Positions 20,857 to 30,371 of a stretch of 64,000 bases of DNA are shown piece by piece (the stretch's first letter is position 1; each line of letters opens with the position of its first letter). This DNA is from Burkholderiales bacterium (GTDB lineage: Bacteria > Pseudomonadota > Gammaproteobacteria > Burkholderiales > Burkholderiaceae_C). Made by a program: the position numbers and the translations under genes. The notes below the pieces were generated by a model, which was given only the letters and a program-made list of their open reading frames with translations, searched no databases and was not told where the DNA came from. The stretch lies in NCBI GenBank assembly GCA_038211805.1, contig JBBQVF010000007.1, positions 10,177-74,176 on the forward strand. Direction: 5' to 3'.

Positions 20857-22215
20857 ATGCGTTGCTTCATCACCGCCCGCGGCCACGAAAAAGCGCTGGC
20901 CGAGCACCCCGCGCCACCTGCGGCCACCGCCGCCGATGACGACCTGCCCCGCGTCTGGGTCGACACCTCGCGCCGGTTCCAGACCGTGCTGGGCTTTGGC
21001 GGCGCATTCACCGAGGCTGCTGCCGTCACCTGGCAAAAATTGAGCCCGGCGCTACAGGCCGAGCTGCTGACGGCCTGCTTCGACCCCGGCCCCGCGCGCG
21101 GCCACGGCTACACGCTGTGCCGGGTGCACATGAACAGCTGCGATTTCGCGCTGGGCAACTACGCCCATGTCGAGCAGCCCGACGACTTGGCACTTGCCAG
21201 CTTCAGCATCGCCCGCGACCGCCAGGCTCTGCTGCCGTTCATCCATGCCGCGCTGCGCACGGCCGGCCGGCCGATCCAGCTGCTGGTGTCGCCCTGGAGC
21301 CCACCCGCCTGGATGAAGACCAGCGGCGCGATGAACGGCGGCGGCCGGCTGCGGCCCGACTGCCACGCCGCCTGGGCGCAGTGTTTCGTGCGCTTCATCC
21401 AGGCCTACCAGGCCGAAGGCGTGCCGGTGTGGGGCGTCTCGGTGCAGAACGAACCGATGGCCAGCCAACGCTGGGACAGCTGCCTCTACAGCGCCGAGGA
21501 AGAGCGCGACTTCGTGCGCGACCACCTGGGCCCGGCGCTGCATACGGCCGGCCTGGGCGAGGTCAAGATCGTGATCTGGGACCACAACCGCGACGGCCTG
21601 GTCGAGCGTGCCAGCGTGGTCTACGCAGACCGCCAAGCGGCGCGCTACGTCTGGGGCGCCGGCTTTCACTGGTATGTCGAAGACCAGTTCGACCAGGTGC
21701 AGCTGACCCACGACGCCTGGCCCGACAAGCAGCTGCTGTTCACCGAAGGCTGCCAGGAAGGCGGCCCGCACACCGGATCCTGGGCCTTGGGCGAGCGCTA
21801 CGCCCGTTCGATGATCCAGGACCTGAACCACTGGACCGTGGGCTGGATCGACTGGAACCTGCTGCTCGACGAACAGGGCGGGCCCAACCATGTCGGCAAC
21901 TTCTGCAGCGCACCCTTGCTGGCCGACACCCATGCCGATCGCCTGCTGCCGCAAAGCTCGTACGCCTACATCGGCCACTTCGCGCGCTATGTGCGCCCGG
22001 GTGCCCAACGCGTCTTGTGCGCGGCCAACCGGCAGGTGCTGGAGTGCACCGCCTTCGTCCATGCCGACGGCAGCGTGGCCACCGTGGTGATGAACCGCAG
22101 CGAGTCGCCGGTGCGTTTCTTGCTGCGCATCGACGACCAGCGGGTGTGCATCGACCTGCCCGCCCGCGCCATCACCACCTGTCTGACCTGCAGCCCCTGT
22201 TCATCATGCCCATGA
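20857..22215 (+). CDS. GH30 glycoside hydrolase (glucosylceramidase-like; probable beta-1,6 debranching)
   Basis: GFGGAFTEA, SPWSPPAWMKT, VQNEP, LFTEGC and WIDWNLLLD; no signal peptide. Confidence 0.88.
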   Translation: MRCFITARGHEKALAEHPAPPAATAADDDLPRVWVDTSRRFQTVLGFGGAFTEAAAVTWQKLSPALQAELLTACFDPGPARGHGYTLCRVHMNSCDFALGNYAHVEQPDDLALASFSIARDRQALLPFIHAALRTAGRPIQLLVSPWSPPAWMKTSGAMNGGGRLRPDCHAAWAQCFVRFIQAYQAEGVPVWGVSVQNEPMASQRWDSCLYSAEEERDFVRDHLGPALHTAGLGEVKIVIWDHNRDGLVERASVVYADRQAARYVWGAGFHWYVEDQFDQVQLTHDAWPDKQLLFTEGCQEGGPHTGSWALGERYARSMIQDLNHWTVGWIDWNLLLDEQGGPNHVGNFCSAPLLADTHADRLLPQSSYAYIGHFARYVRPGAQRVLCAANRQVLECTAFVHADGSVATVVMNRSESPVRFLLRIDDQRVCIDLPARAITTCLTCSPCSSCP

Positions 22216-25200
22216 CCGAAGCACGCGGCCAATTTGTCGACACCTGCGGCGACAACTGGTACCGCATCGACCAGCCCGACCCGCAGCGGCCGTTCTTCAT
22301 GACGCTGGCCGGCGACAGCGACCTGTGGGCCTTCCTGTCGTCGGCCGGCTCGTTGACCGCCGGTCGACGCGACCCCGACGGCGCCTTCTTGCCCTACGAG
22401 ACCGTCGACAAGATCCACCGCCGCTGGCAGCACACCGGGCCCCGCACCTGGATCCGCCTGCCTGGCGCTAGCCATGGGGCGCTGCTGTGGCAGCCCTTCG
22501 CCGCCTGCGAGGCCGGTGGCAGCGGGCCGCGGTCGGTCTGGAAGAACCTGTCGGGCAACCGCATCCGCTTGCGCGAAGAACACCCCACTGCCGGGCTGGC
22601 CTTTGAGCAGGAATGGTCGAGTGCTGCCGGGTTGGGCCTGGTGCGCAGCGCCCGGCTGCAACTGCTGGACGCCAGCGCCCATCCCGGCGCCGGGCCCATT
22701 CGCGTGCAGGTGCTGGACGGCCTGTTGAACCTGGTGCCGCCCGGCGTCAGCTTTGAACACTCGTCGACGATGAGTTGCCTGACCGACGCCTACAAGTGGA
22801 ACGAATCGGCCGCCGGCGGCCGGCTGGGCTTGTTCACGCTCTACGCGCAGATCTGGGATCGCGCCGAACCGAAGGAATCCTTCGAGGCGCTGTGCGCCTG
22901 GCACGCCGGCCTGCCCGCCGGCACCCGCACGTTGCTGTCCGACGACCAGGTGGCGGCCTTCTGCAGCAACGGCCAGGTGCAGACAGAAACTTTGACCCGC
23001 GGCCGGCGAGGTTGCTTCCTGGTGAATTTCGAAGCTGATCTGGCCAGCTGCGGCATCGACTGGCACCTCGTGGTCGACGGCCCGGCCTCGCAGGTGCAGG
23101 CCTTCGAGCTGGCCCGCCGCCTGGCCGTCGGCGGCGGCAGCCCGGCCGACATCCACAGCGCGCTGGCCGCCAACCAGGCCGGGCTGGACGAACTGCTGGC
23201 CCGGGCCGATGGCTTCCAACGATCGGGCGACCCGATGGCCGCCGCCCACCACCGCGCCAACGTGCTGTTCAACGCCATGCGCGGCGGCGTCTTCGTCGCC
23301 GGCACGCAGTTGCAGCGGGATGACTTGCTGGCCTTCGTGCGCCAGCGCAGCCATGCGGTGGCCGACGCGCTGGCGCAGCACGCCGCCGAGCACCCGGCCG
23401 TCTGGCCGCCCACGATCGAGCGCCACGAGGCCTTGCGGGCGGCGCGCGCCATCGGCCCGCAGGCCGAGCGGTTGCTGCTCGAATACCTGCCCCTGACCTT
23501 CAGCCGCCGCCACGGCGACCCGAGCCGGCCGTGGAACAAGTTCTCGATCCGGGTGCGCGACGCTGCCGGCGCGCGCACCGTCGACTACCAGGGCAACTGG
23601 CGCGACATCTTCCAGAACTGGGAGGCGCTGCTGCCCAGCGAGCCGGCCTATGCCGGATCGATGATCACCGCCTTTCTGGGCGCGATGACGCCCGACGGCT
23701 ACAACCCCTACCGCATCAGCCGCGCCGGCATCGACTGGGAAGTGGTCGAGCCCGACAACCCCTGGAGCAACATCGGCTACTGGGGCGACCACCAGGTGGT
23801 CTACCTGCTGCGCCTGCTGGAGGCCGCGCAGGCCCACGAGCCGGCCCTGCTGCCAGGGTTGTGGAACCGCGCGCTGTTCAGCTTTGCCGACGTGCCCTAC
23901 CGCCTGAAACCGCACGACCAGCAGACCGCCACGCCCAAGGCCACGATCACCTTCGACGAGGCCGCACACCGGCGATCGCACGCGGCCGCGCGGCTGAGCG
24001 GCAACGACGGCCTGCTGGTCTGCGACGCGCACGGCGCGCCGGTGCTGGCCACGCTGGCCGAGAAGCTGGCGATCATCCTGCTGGCCAAGGCCGGCAGCCT
24101 GGTGCCCGGCGGCGGCGTGTGGCTGCACACCCAGCGGCCCGAATGGAACGACGCCAACAACGCGCTGGTGGGCAACGGCCTGTCGGTCGTCACGCTGGCC
24201 TACTTGCGGCGCTTGCTGCACTTCGTGGTGGCGCTGCCCGGCGCCGATGCGCCGTTCGCACTGGCACCCGCCACGCTGACCGCATTGACCGGCTTTGCTG
24301 CGCTGGTGCGGGCCACGCCGCTGTCGGCCGTCGACGACAGCATCGCACGCCGCGCCTTCCTGGACGGCGCCGGCCACCTGCTCGACCCCTGGCGCGCCGC
24401 CGGCTACCAGGGCGCTGACGGCCGCTACCCGGGCGGCGATCGGGCGGTGGCGCCAGCCGGCCTGCTGACCGATCTGGCCCGCAGCCTGCTGCCGCTGGTC
24501 GACGCCACGCTGCAGCGCTGCCGCCGCGACGACGGCCTGTTCCACAGCTACAACCTGGTCGATCTGGCGCAAGGCCGCGCCGCGGTGGACACGCTCTACC
24601 TGATGCTCGAAGGCCAGGTGGCGCTGTTGTCGTCCGGCCTGTTCGACGCCGCAGCCGCCGTGCGGCTGCTGGACGCCCTGTTCGCCAGCAACCTGTTCTG
24701 CCCGCGCCGGCAGAGCTTTCTGCTCTACCCCGACCGGCCCCTGCCCGGCTTCCTGGCCCGCAACCGGCTCGACGCCGACGCGCTGGCCTTGCCGGTGGTG
24801 CAGCGCCTGCTGGCCGAAGGCCGCAGCGACCTGCTGCAGCGCCAATCCGACGACGTGGTGCGCTTCGCCCCGGCGTTGGCCAACCGCGGCGACCTGGAAG
24901 CCACCGGTGCCGACCTGGGCGCCGAGGCGCTGCACCCGCTGGCCGACGCCTACGAACGGCTGCTGAACCACCACGCCTTCACCGGCCGCTCGGGCACGAT
25001 GTTCGGCTACGAGGGGCTGGGCTGCATCTACTGGCACATGGTCGCCAAGCTGCTGCTGGCGGTGCAGGAGCAGGTGTTCAGCGCCGCCGACCAACAGAGC
25101 CCGGCCTTGCCGGCGCTGATCGCCCACTACCGCCGGGTGCGCGACGGCCTGGGCTATCGCAAGAGCGCAGCGGCCTATGGCGCCTTTCCGGCCGACCCGT

Positions 25201-25529
25201 ACAGCCACACGGCAAGCGAAGGCGGCGCCCAGCAACCGGGCATGACCGGCCAGGTCAAGGAAGAGATCCTCACCCGCTGGGGCGAACTGGGCCTGCGCAT
25301 GCGCGATGGCCTGGTGCACTTCGACCCGTTGCTGCTGGATGCCGCCGAAATCCCCGACGGCGGCAGCCTGCAATTCACCTGGGCCCGCGTGCCCTACAGC
25401 TATTGCCGCGGCGCACAGACCCGCCTGCACATCGAAACGGCGGCGGGCTGGCAAGATTGCCCGACGCTCCGCTTCAGCCCACAGGGCGTGCGGGCGGTAC
25501 GGGCCGAGGTGGCCTTCGCGCCGGCTTGA
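22212..25529 (+). CDS. GH149-type beta-1,3-glucan phosphorylase
   Basis: ~1105 aa; LPLTFSRRHGDPSRPWNKFSI, YQGNWRDIFQNWEAL, FTGRSGT-x-FGYEGLG-x-IYWHMV and GAFP-x-DPYSHT match motifs I recall for GH149; ATGA overlap with the GH30 stop (the track ORF from 21117 is over-extended). Confidence 0.8.
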   Translation: MTEARGQFVDTCGDNWYRIDQPDPQRPFFMTLAGDSDLWAFLSSAGSLTAGRRDPDGAFLPYETVDKIHRRWQHTGPRTWIRLPGASHGALLWQPFAACEAGGSGPRSVWKNLSGNRIRLREEHPTAGLAFEQEWSSAAGLGLVRSARLQLLDASAHPGAGPIRVQVLDGLLNLVPPGVSFEHSSTMSCLTDAYKWNESAAGGRLGLFTLYAQIWDRAEPKESFEALCAWHAGLPAGTRTLLSDDQVAAFCSNGQVQTETLTRGRRGCFLVNFEADLASCGIDWHLVVDGPASQVQAFELARRLAVGGGSPADIHSALAANQAGLDELLARADGFQRSGDPMAAAHHRANVLFNAMRGGVFVAGTQLQRDDLLAFVRQRSHAVADALAQHAAEHPAVWPPTIERHEALRAARAIGPQAERLLLEYLPLTFSRRHGDPSRPWNKFSIRVRDAAGARTVDYQGNWRDIFQNWEALLPSEPAYAGSMITAFLGAMTPDGYNPYRISRAGIDWEVVEPDNPWSNIGYWGDHQVVYLLRLLEAAQAHEPALLPGLWNRALFSFADVPYRLKPHDQQTATPKATITFDEAAHRRSHAAARLSGNDGLLVCDAHGAPVLATLAEKLAIILLAKAGSLVPGGGVWLHTQRPEWNDANNALVGNGLSVVTLAYLRRLLHFVVALPGADAPFALAPATLTALTGFAALVRATPLSAVDDSIARRAFLDGAGHLLDPWRAAGYQGADGRYPGGDRAVAPAGLLTDLARSLLPLVDATLQRCRRDDGLFHSYNLVDLAQGRAAVDTLYLMLEGQVALLSSGLFDAAAAVRLLDALFASNLFCPRRQSFLLYPDRPLPGFLARNRLDADALALPVVQRLLAEGRSDLLQRQSDDVVRFAPALANRGDLEATGADLGAEALHPLADAYERLLNHHAFTGRSGTMFGYEGLGCIYWHMVAKLLLAVQEQVFSAADQQSPALPALIAHYRRVRDGLGYRKSAAAYGAFPADPYSHTASEGGAQQPGMTGQVKEEILTRWGELGLRMRDGLVHFDPLLLDAAEIPDGGSLQFTWARVPYSYCRGAQTRLHIETAAGWQDCPTLRFSPQGVRAVRAEVAFAPA

Positions 25530-25621
25530 CGGCGCGGTCCACGCTCGGCCGGCTTGACGGCGCGGCTCACGCTCGGCCGGCTTGACGGCGCGGCCCACAC
25601 TCGGCCGGCTTGACGGCACGG
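25520..25621. repeat. 28-bp tandem repeat, ~3.7 copies
   Basis: Unit GCCGGCTTGACGGCGCGG(TC/CT/CC)CACRCTCG fills the gap between convergent genes; the first copy holds the GH149 stop. Confidence 0.9.
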
Positions 25622-25625
25622 CGGC

Positions 25626-26765
25626 CTACGGCTGGTACACCCGCACGTAGTCGACCTGCAGCCGGTCGCTGGTGAAGCCTGCGGGCACTGACCCGCCCAG
25701 GTCGCCGCCGATGGCCAGGTTCAGCAGGATGAACTGCGGCACGTCGAACGGCCAAGTGCGAGCGCTGGCGTTGCCACCGACCGGCTTGTCGTAGGTGTTG
25801 TAGACCACGCCGTCGACGCCGATCTGGATCTGGTTGGCCGTCCATGTCAACTGGTAGCGGTGAAAGGCCGTGCAGGCGTCGGGCACCGACCGGGATGCCG
25901 TCAGGCCACCGCCGGCAAAGTGCGCCGGCATGTGCAGGGTGCCCAGCACGCTGGCCTTGTCGGCGGCCGACGCGCCGCGCTGTTCCATGATGTCCATCTC
26001 GCCGTTGACCGGCCAGTTGTCGGCGGGAATGCCCAGCGTCCAGATTGCGGGCCAGGTGCCCAGGCCGCAAGGCAGCTTGGCGCGCACTTCGACGAAGCCG
26101 TAGGTGAAGCTGAACTTGCCTTGCGTGATCAGCCGCGCCGAGCTGAAGTTCTGGTTGCCGTAGTCTGCCGCGCTGCTCAGCCGCTCGCGGATCGCGGTGA
26201 TGGAAAGCACCCCGTCGGCAATGCTGCTGTTCTGCAGCCGGGCGGCGGCGTAGTACTGCAGCTCGTTGTTGAACCAGCCCACCGGGTTGCGGAAGGTGTC
26301 GTAGGCCCACTTGTCGCTGTCGGGCAGGCCCGGTGTGCTGAATTCATCGGCCCAGACCAGCCGGTAGCCGGCCGGCACGCTGCTGCCCGGATCGGTGTAG
26401 CTGTGCGCCGCAGCAGCGACATTGGCGTTGTTGGCAGCGTCGGAAAATCGTCCGGCGCCCAGCGTGACACTCACGGTACTGCTCACCGGCTGCACGCTGA
26501 GGGTGTAGTTCGTCGCGTCGAGCCGGCTGACTGCCGCCGCCGTGCCGCCTCCGGTGACCGTGACGTCCTCCGCGGCAAAGCTGTTGCCGACGTTCTCGCT
26601 GAAGGCAAAGCTGAACAGCACGGTGCCGCCCGGCCCCGCCGCCGAGGTGATGGCGACGGTGGGCGGCGTCGTGTCGGCCTCCGCGCCGCCACCGCCTCCC
26701 CCGCAGGCGCTGGCCAGCAGGGCCGCCGCCAGCGCACAAGCCAACGGTTCGAAGTGCAGTTTCAT
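25626..26765 (-). CDS. GH16 laminarinase-like lipoprotein with N-terminal Ig-like domain
   Basis: Lipobox LASAC-GGGGGG; LVWADEF, NNELQYY, WPAIW and GEMDIME (EXDXXE); DYVRVYQ end. Confidence 0.9.
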   Translation of the reverse strand: MKLHFEPLACALAAALLASACGGGGGGAEADTTPPTVAITSAAGPGGTVLFSFAFSENVGNSFAAEDVTVTGGGTAAAVSRLDATNYTLSVQPVSSTVSVTLGAGRFSDAANNANVAAAAHSYTDPGSSVPAGYRLVWADEFSTPGLPDSDKWAYDTFRNPVGWFNNELQYYAAARLQNSSIADGVLSITAIRERLSSAADYGNQNFSSARLITQGKFSFTYGFVEVRAKLPCGLGTWPAIWTLGIPADNWPVNGEMDIMEQRGASAADKASVLGTLHMPAHFAGGGLTASRSVPDACTAFHRYQLTWTANQIQIGVDGVVYNTYDKPVGGNASARTWPFDVPQFILLNLAIGGDLGGSVPAGFTSDRLQVDYVRVYQP

Positions 26766-26898
26766 CGAAGACTTTCGGTTTGTAGCGGCGCCGACAGAAC
26801 CGGCCAGACATTGATGCGGGCTCGACCACCGCAGGTCAGTTTCAGATCGCGTGCAGGCCACATTCACGCCACATCCAGACAAACAGTCAGACAGACCG

Positions 26899-29256
26899 TC
26901 AAGCGCCATATTTCGGGCGCTCGTCCTTGTCCCACAGGCCCCACTGCGTGCCCACCTCGCCCTCCTGCGCCAGCTTCCAGGGCTCGTCGAACGACGAGAA
27001 GTAGAACAGCTTGATCCCCTCGCGCCGCCCCCACTGCTGGACGTCGATGAAGTAGCGCATCGCGTTGTCGGCCGACGGCACGGCGCCGGCCATGGCCTGG
27101 CCCTTGCCGGGCCAGCCGGTCTCGGTGACGATGACGGGCTTGTCGCCGCCGGCGGCCTTCACCAGCCCATGCATGCGCCGCAGGTACTGCGCGGCCACGG
27201 CGATGTCGGCACCCTCCCAGAACGGGTAGCAATTGGGCAGCAGCACATCGCAGGCGGCGGTCAGCGCGGGCCGCTCCATGAACTGGAAGTAGGCGTCAAC
27301 GCAGCCCACCGGCACACCGTCGGGCACCGCGGCCTTGACGCGTGCGACGTAAGCCAGCAGCTCCGCCTCGGGCAGATCGCCGCGCAGCAGCACTTCATTG
27401 CCGACCACCGCAATGCCCACCAGCCCCTGTTGGGACAGCGCGATCAGCGCCTCGATCTCGCGTTCATTGCGCGCGCGGTCGGTGCTGATCCAGGCCCCCA
27501 CCATCGTGTCCAGCCCCTTCTCGCGGGCCAGCCGGGGAATCAACTCGTGGCCCTCGGTGCAGGCGAACGAGCGCACCCAGCGGGTGTGAGGTGCGATGAG
27601 TTCGATGCGCCGGCGCACCTGCGCTTGCGACAGCGGGTCGCCGGAACGCTGGCCCTGCGTGTAGGCGCTGAAGCACAGGCCGTACAGACCGCGCTGGAAT
27701 TGCTCGGCGTACAGCGTGCGGATCTCGTCGCTCGTCTTGCCCGCCAGCGCCGACGGCTCGGCGCCCGGCAGCAGCAGGCCGTTTTCGGCCAGCCAGGGCC
27801 GGGCACCCGAGCTCTGCGACGAAGACCCGCCGGCGCGCTGCTTGCGCCGCTGCAGTTCGGCATTGACCTCCATCGCGCGCTTCTCGTCCAGGTCGTAGGT
27901 GCGCATGATCCACATCGCCAACATGGTGCCGACGATGGGCACGCCGGAGTAGAACAGCCGCAGGCCGTCCACTGCGCCCTCGGGCTGCGCGGCGGCACCC
28001 GGTGTGAAGGCCACGAAGGACATGATGGCGCCGCTGAGCAAGCCGGCAACGGCAAAGCCCAGCTTCACCATCCACCAGTAGATCGCGCCGAAGATGCCCT
28101 CGCGCCGCTTGCCGGTGGCCAGTTCGTCCAGGTCGCAGACATCGGCGGTCATCGACATCATCAGCGTGAACAGGCCGCCGATGCCAAACGAGAAGAACGG
28201 CAGCGCAAACATGAACATCCAGGGCTTGCTGGGGACCATCAGGAACCACAGCAGCACGTAGCCGATGAGTGAGATGCCCTGCGACACCATGAAGGCGTTT
28301 TTCTTGCCCATCTTCTTGGACATCCACGCCACGGTGGGAATCACGGCGAAGGTGGTGACCAGCGCGCCGATGCTGCCGAACAGCGTGGGCCAGATGCCGG
28401 CGGCCGCGGTGTTGCCGTTGAACAGGTGATAGACGACGATGAAGAACGAGAACGCCGCCACCGTGTTGAAGGCGTTGAAGATCAGGAAGGTGGAGAAGCA
28501 CAGCTTGCGGAAGGGCACGCATGCGAAGGCCTCCTTGAAGCCGGCCATCAGCTCCTTGAAGCCCATGCCGATGTTCGCGAGGGTCAGCGGGATCAGGTGG
28601 GTGTCGTCCCTGGTCGAGCGGCTGGGCAGGAACACGGCGGGCACCATCGCCAGCAGCATGCACGCCACGCCCACCCAGACCGACAGCGTGCGCGTGGCCG
28701 TGTCGGCATTCGGGAACCACTTGGGGTCGTACATCACGACCCAGAACCACGGCGCGATCACCCAGGCCCATTGGCCGATCCATTGCGCCACCGCCATGAT
28801 GCTGGTGCGCTCATGGAAGTCGTCGCTCATCTCGTAGCCCATGGCCACGTAGGGAATGCTGAAGACGGTGAGCCCGGTGAAGAAGACCAGCGACCAGAAC
28901 AGGAAGTAGAGGAAGTTGTGGGTCAAGCCATCAGCGCGGTGCAGCTGCCACATCGCGATGAACCCGATGCCCAGCATGATGGCGCCGATGAACACGTACT
29001 GCCTGCGCCGGCCCCACTTCGACCGCGTGTTGTCGGAGATGAAGCCCATGATCGGGTCGATGATGGCGTCATAGGCGCGCGGCAGGAAGAACAGGATGCC
29101 CCACATCCAGGTCGGGAAGCCCATGTCCTGCACTAGCACCACCATGAAGATGCCCAGCGCGGCCGGGAACATCTGGTTGGCCAGCATGCCCAGACCGAAG
29201 GCGATCTTGTGCCCGAACGGGACCTTGTGTGCGGCGGTGGCGGCGGGTGCGGTCAT
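26899..29256 (-). CDS. GPH-family MFS sugar transporter fused to a C-terminal GH17 domain
   Basis: DAIIDPIMGFISDNTRSKWGRRR MFS_2 signature with multiple TM segments; then VGNEVLLR, TETGWP and FDEPWK in the same frame. Confidence 0.9.
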   Translation of the reverse strand: MTAPAATAAHKVPFGHKIAFGLGMLANQMFPAALGIFMVVLVQDMGFPTWMWGILFFLPRAYDAIIDPIMGFISDNTRSKWGRRRQYVFIGAIMLGIGFIAMWQLHRADGLTHNFLYFLFWSLVFFTGLTVFSIPYVAMGYEMSDDFHERTSIMAVAQWIGQWAWVIAPWFWVVMYDPKWFPNADTATRTLSVWVGVACMLLAMVPAVFLPSRSTRDDTHLIPLTLANIGMGFKELMAGFKEAFACVPFRKLCFSTFLIFNAFNTVAAFSFFIVVYHLFNGNTAAAGIWPTLFGSIGALVTTFAVIPTVAWMSKKMGKKNAFMVSQGISLIGYVLLWFLMVPSKPWMFMFALPFFSFGIGGLFTLMMSMTADVCDLDELATGKRREGIFGAIYWWMVKLGFAVAGLLSGAIMSFVAFTPGAAAQPEGAVDGLRLFYSGVPIVGTMLAMWIMRTYDLDEKRAMEVNAELQRRKQRAGGSSSQSSGARPWLAENGLLLPGAEPSALAGKTSDEIRTLYAEQFQRGLYGLCFSAYTQGQRSGDPLSQAQVRRRIELIAPHTRWVRSFACTEGHELIPRLAREKGLDTMVGAWISTDRARNEREIEALIALSQQGLVGIAVVGNEVLLRGDLPEAELLAYVARVKAAVPDGVPVGCVDAYFQFMERPALTAACDVLLPNCYPFWEGADIAVAAQYLRRMHGLVKAAGGDKPVIVTETGWPGKGQAMAGAVPSADNAMRYFIDVQQWGRREGIKLFYFSSFDEPWKLAQEGEVGTQWGLWDKDERPKYGA

Positions 29257-29304
29257 GGCGTGCTTTCTGTGGCGAGTGCGTCGGTGGCTGCGAGGCCCGC
29301 GCAG

Positions 29305-29370
29305 GGTTCTGGTTCAGCTTCAGCTTCAGGGTCAGGGTCAGGGTCAGGGTCAAGTTCGGGTTCGGGTTCA
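29305..29370. repeat. Degenerate hexamer array (~11 units)
   Basis: Minus strand reads ACCCGA/CCCTGA/AGCTGA-type units starting at the GH17 stop codon. Confidence 0.8.
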
Positions 29371-30345
29371 GGCGGTCGGCGGCGCAGGCTCCGGGTACAG
29401 CGCCTGCATCACCAATTTGGGCCGGCGGTCGGCGGTGAACAGGCCCCAGTGCTTCTCGGGCTCGAGCGGGTCGGGCGAGCCCTTCCAGTTCTCGTCGAAG
29501 GCCTCGAACACGAAGCACAGCAGGCCTTCGGCGCGCGTCCAGGCCATCAGGTCGGCGTAGTAGGTGGCCTGCAGCTCCTGCACGGCGTGCTCGGCGTGCA
29601 TGCCGCGGCCGTTGCTGTTGGTGCACCAGCCGGCCTCGGTGATGACGATGGGCTTGCCCGGGTACAAGCGCGCCACGCTGGCGACGTTGTCCCGGGTGTA
29701 GTCAAGCGCCTCGTGGATGTGCTTGTATTCCCACACCGGGTAGGTGTGCACCGAGATGAAATCGAGCTCGGGCACGAGGTCGCGCAGCTTGTACTGCCAG
29801 GGCACGTAGTTCTCGCAGAAGGTGACAGGCTGGCGCACCGCTGCCTTGACACGGCGCACGTAGCCGATCATCGACGGTACCGGCACGAAGTGGTCGGTCC
29901 AGTCGACCGTGGCCTCGTTGCCCACCGCCACCGAGAACACGATGTCGGGGTAACGGTTGGCCAGCGCGATCAACCGGTCGATCTCCGCGGCGTTCTCGGC
30001 GCGGCTGGCGTCGAGCTGCTCTTCAGTGAAGGTGGCGCCCCAGGGGCAGCCGAAGTTGTTCATCTCGGCGCCGAGGTAGGCGCCCAGCATCACCTGGAAC
30101 GGCAGACGGTCTTCGTCGATGACCTGCAGCACCCGGTCGGCGTGCGGGCTGCAGTCGTACAGGCGCAGCAGCGGCCAGTGGCGACGCAGGATCGCCAGGT
30201 CTTCGCGGATCTCGGCCAGCGAGGGGTAGGTTTTCTCACCCGGGTTCTGGCCGTCGCGGTAGCCCGAATAGCAGATGGCGTTGCCCGAGGGCAGGGTCAG
30301 CGGGTTCTGCGGGTTCATCAGGCTCGGTGGTTTCGGCGGATTCAT
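29368..30345 (-). CDS. GH17 glycoside hydrolase, cytoplasmic
   Basis: AICYSGYR, AVGNEATV, ITEAGW and FEAFDENWK ... EKHWGL; start uncertain (30345 or 30318). Confidence 0.87.
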   Translation of the reverse strand: MNPPKPPSLMNPQNPLTLPSGNAICYSGYRDGQNPGEKTYPSLAEIREDLAILRRHWPLLRLYDCSPHADRVLQVIDEDRLPFQVMLGAYLGAEMNNFGCPWGATFTEEQLDASRAENAAEIDRLIALANRYPDIVFSVAVGNEATVDWTDHFVPVPSMIGYVRRVKAAVRQPVTFCENYVPWQYKLRDLVPELDFISVHTYPVWEYKHIHEALDYTRDNVASVARLYPGKPIVITEAGWCTNSNGRGMHAEHAVQELQATYYADLMAWTRAEGLLCFVFEAFDENWKGSPDPLEPEKHWGLFTADRRPKLVMQALYPEPAPPTA

Positions 30346-30371
30346 CGGGTTCGGTGGTGGCTGCGTCGGTG

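Noticed and set aside
20841-20900. Possible fifth LacI operator near the GH30 start (TGAAAGGCGC, AAAAGCGCT)
   Set aside because: Only half-site matches, not palindromic, and one lies inside the coding sequence.
21117-22211. N-terminal extension of the 1470-aa ORF, suggesting a GH30-GH149 overlap or fusion
   Set aside because: The extension is Arg/Pro-rich off-frame translation of GH30; ATG 22212 overlaps the GH30 stop in the usual ATGA coupling.
21987-25619. 1210-aa minus-strand ORF, and similar long antisense ORFs (2241-4550, 13441-15864, 38538-40781, 43469-45895)
   Set aside because: They mirror well-supported genes on the opposite strand and show no family motifs; such shadow ORFs are expected from GC-rich codon bias.
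25520-25621. 28-bp repeats as a CRISPR array
   Set aside because: Units are head-to-tail with no unique spacers, and no cas genes are present.
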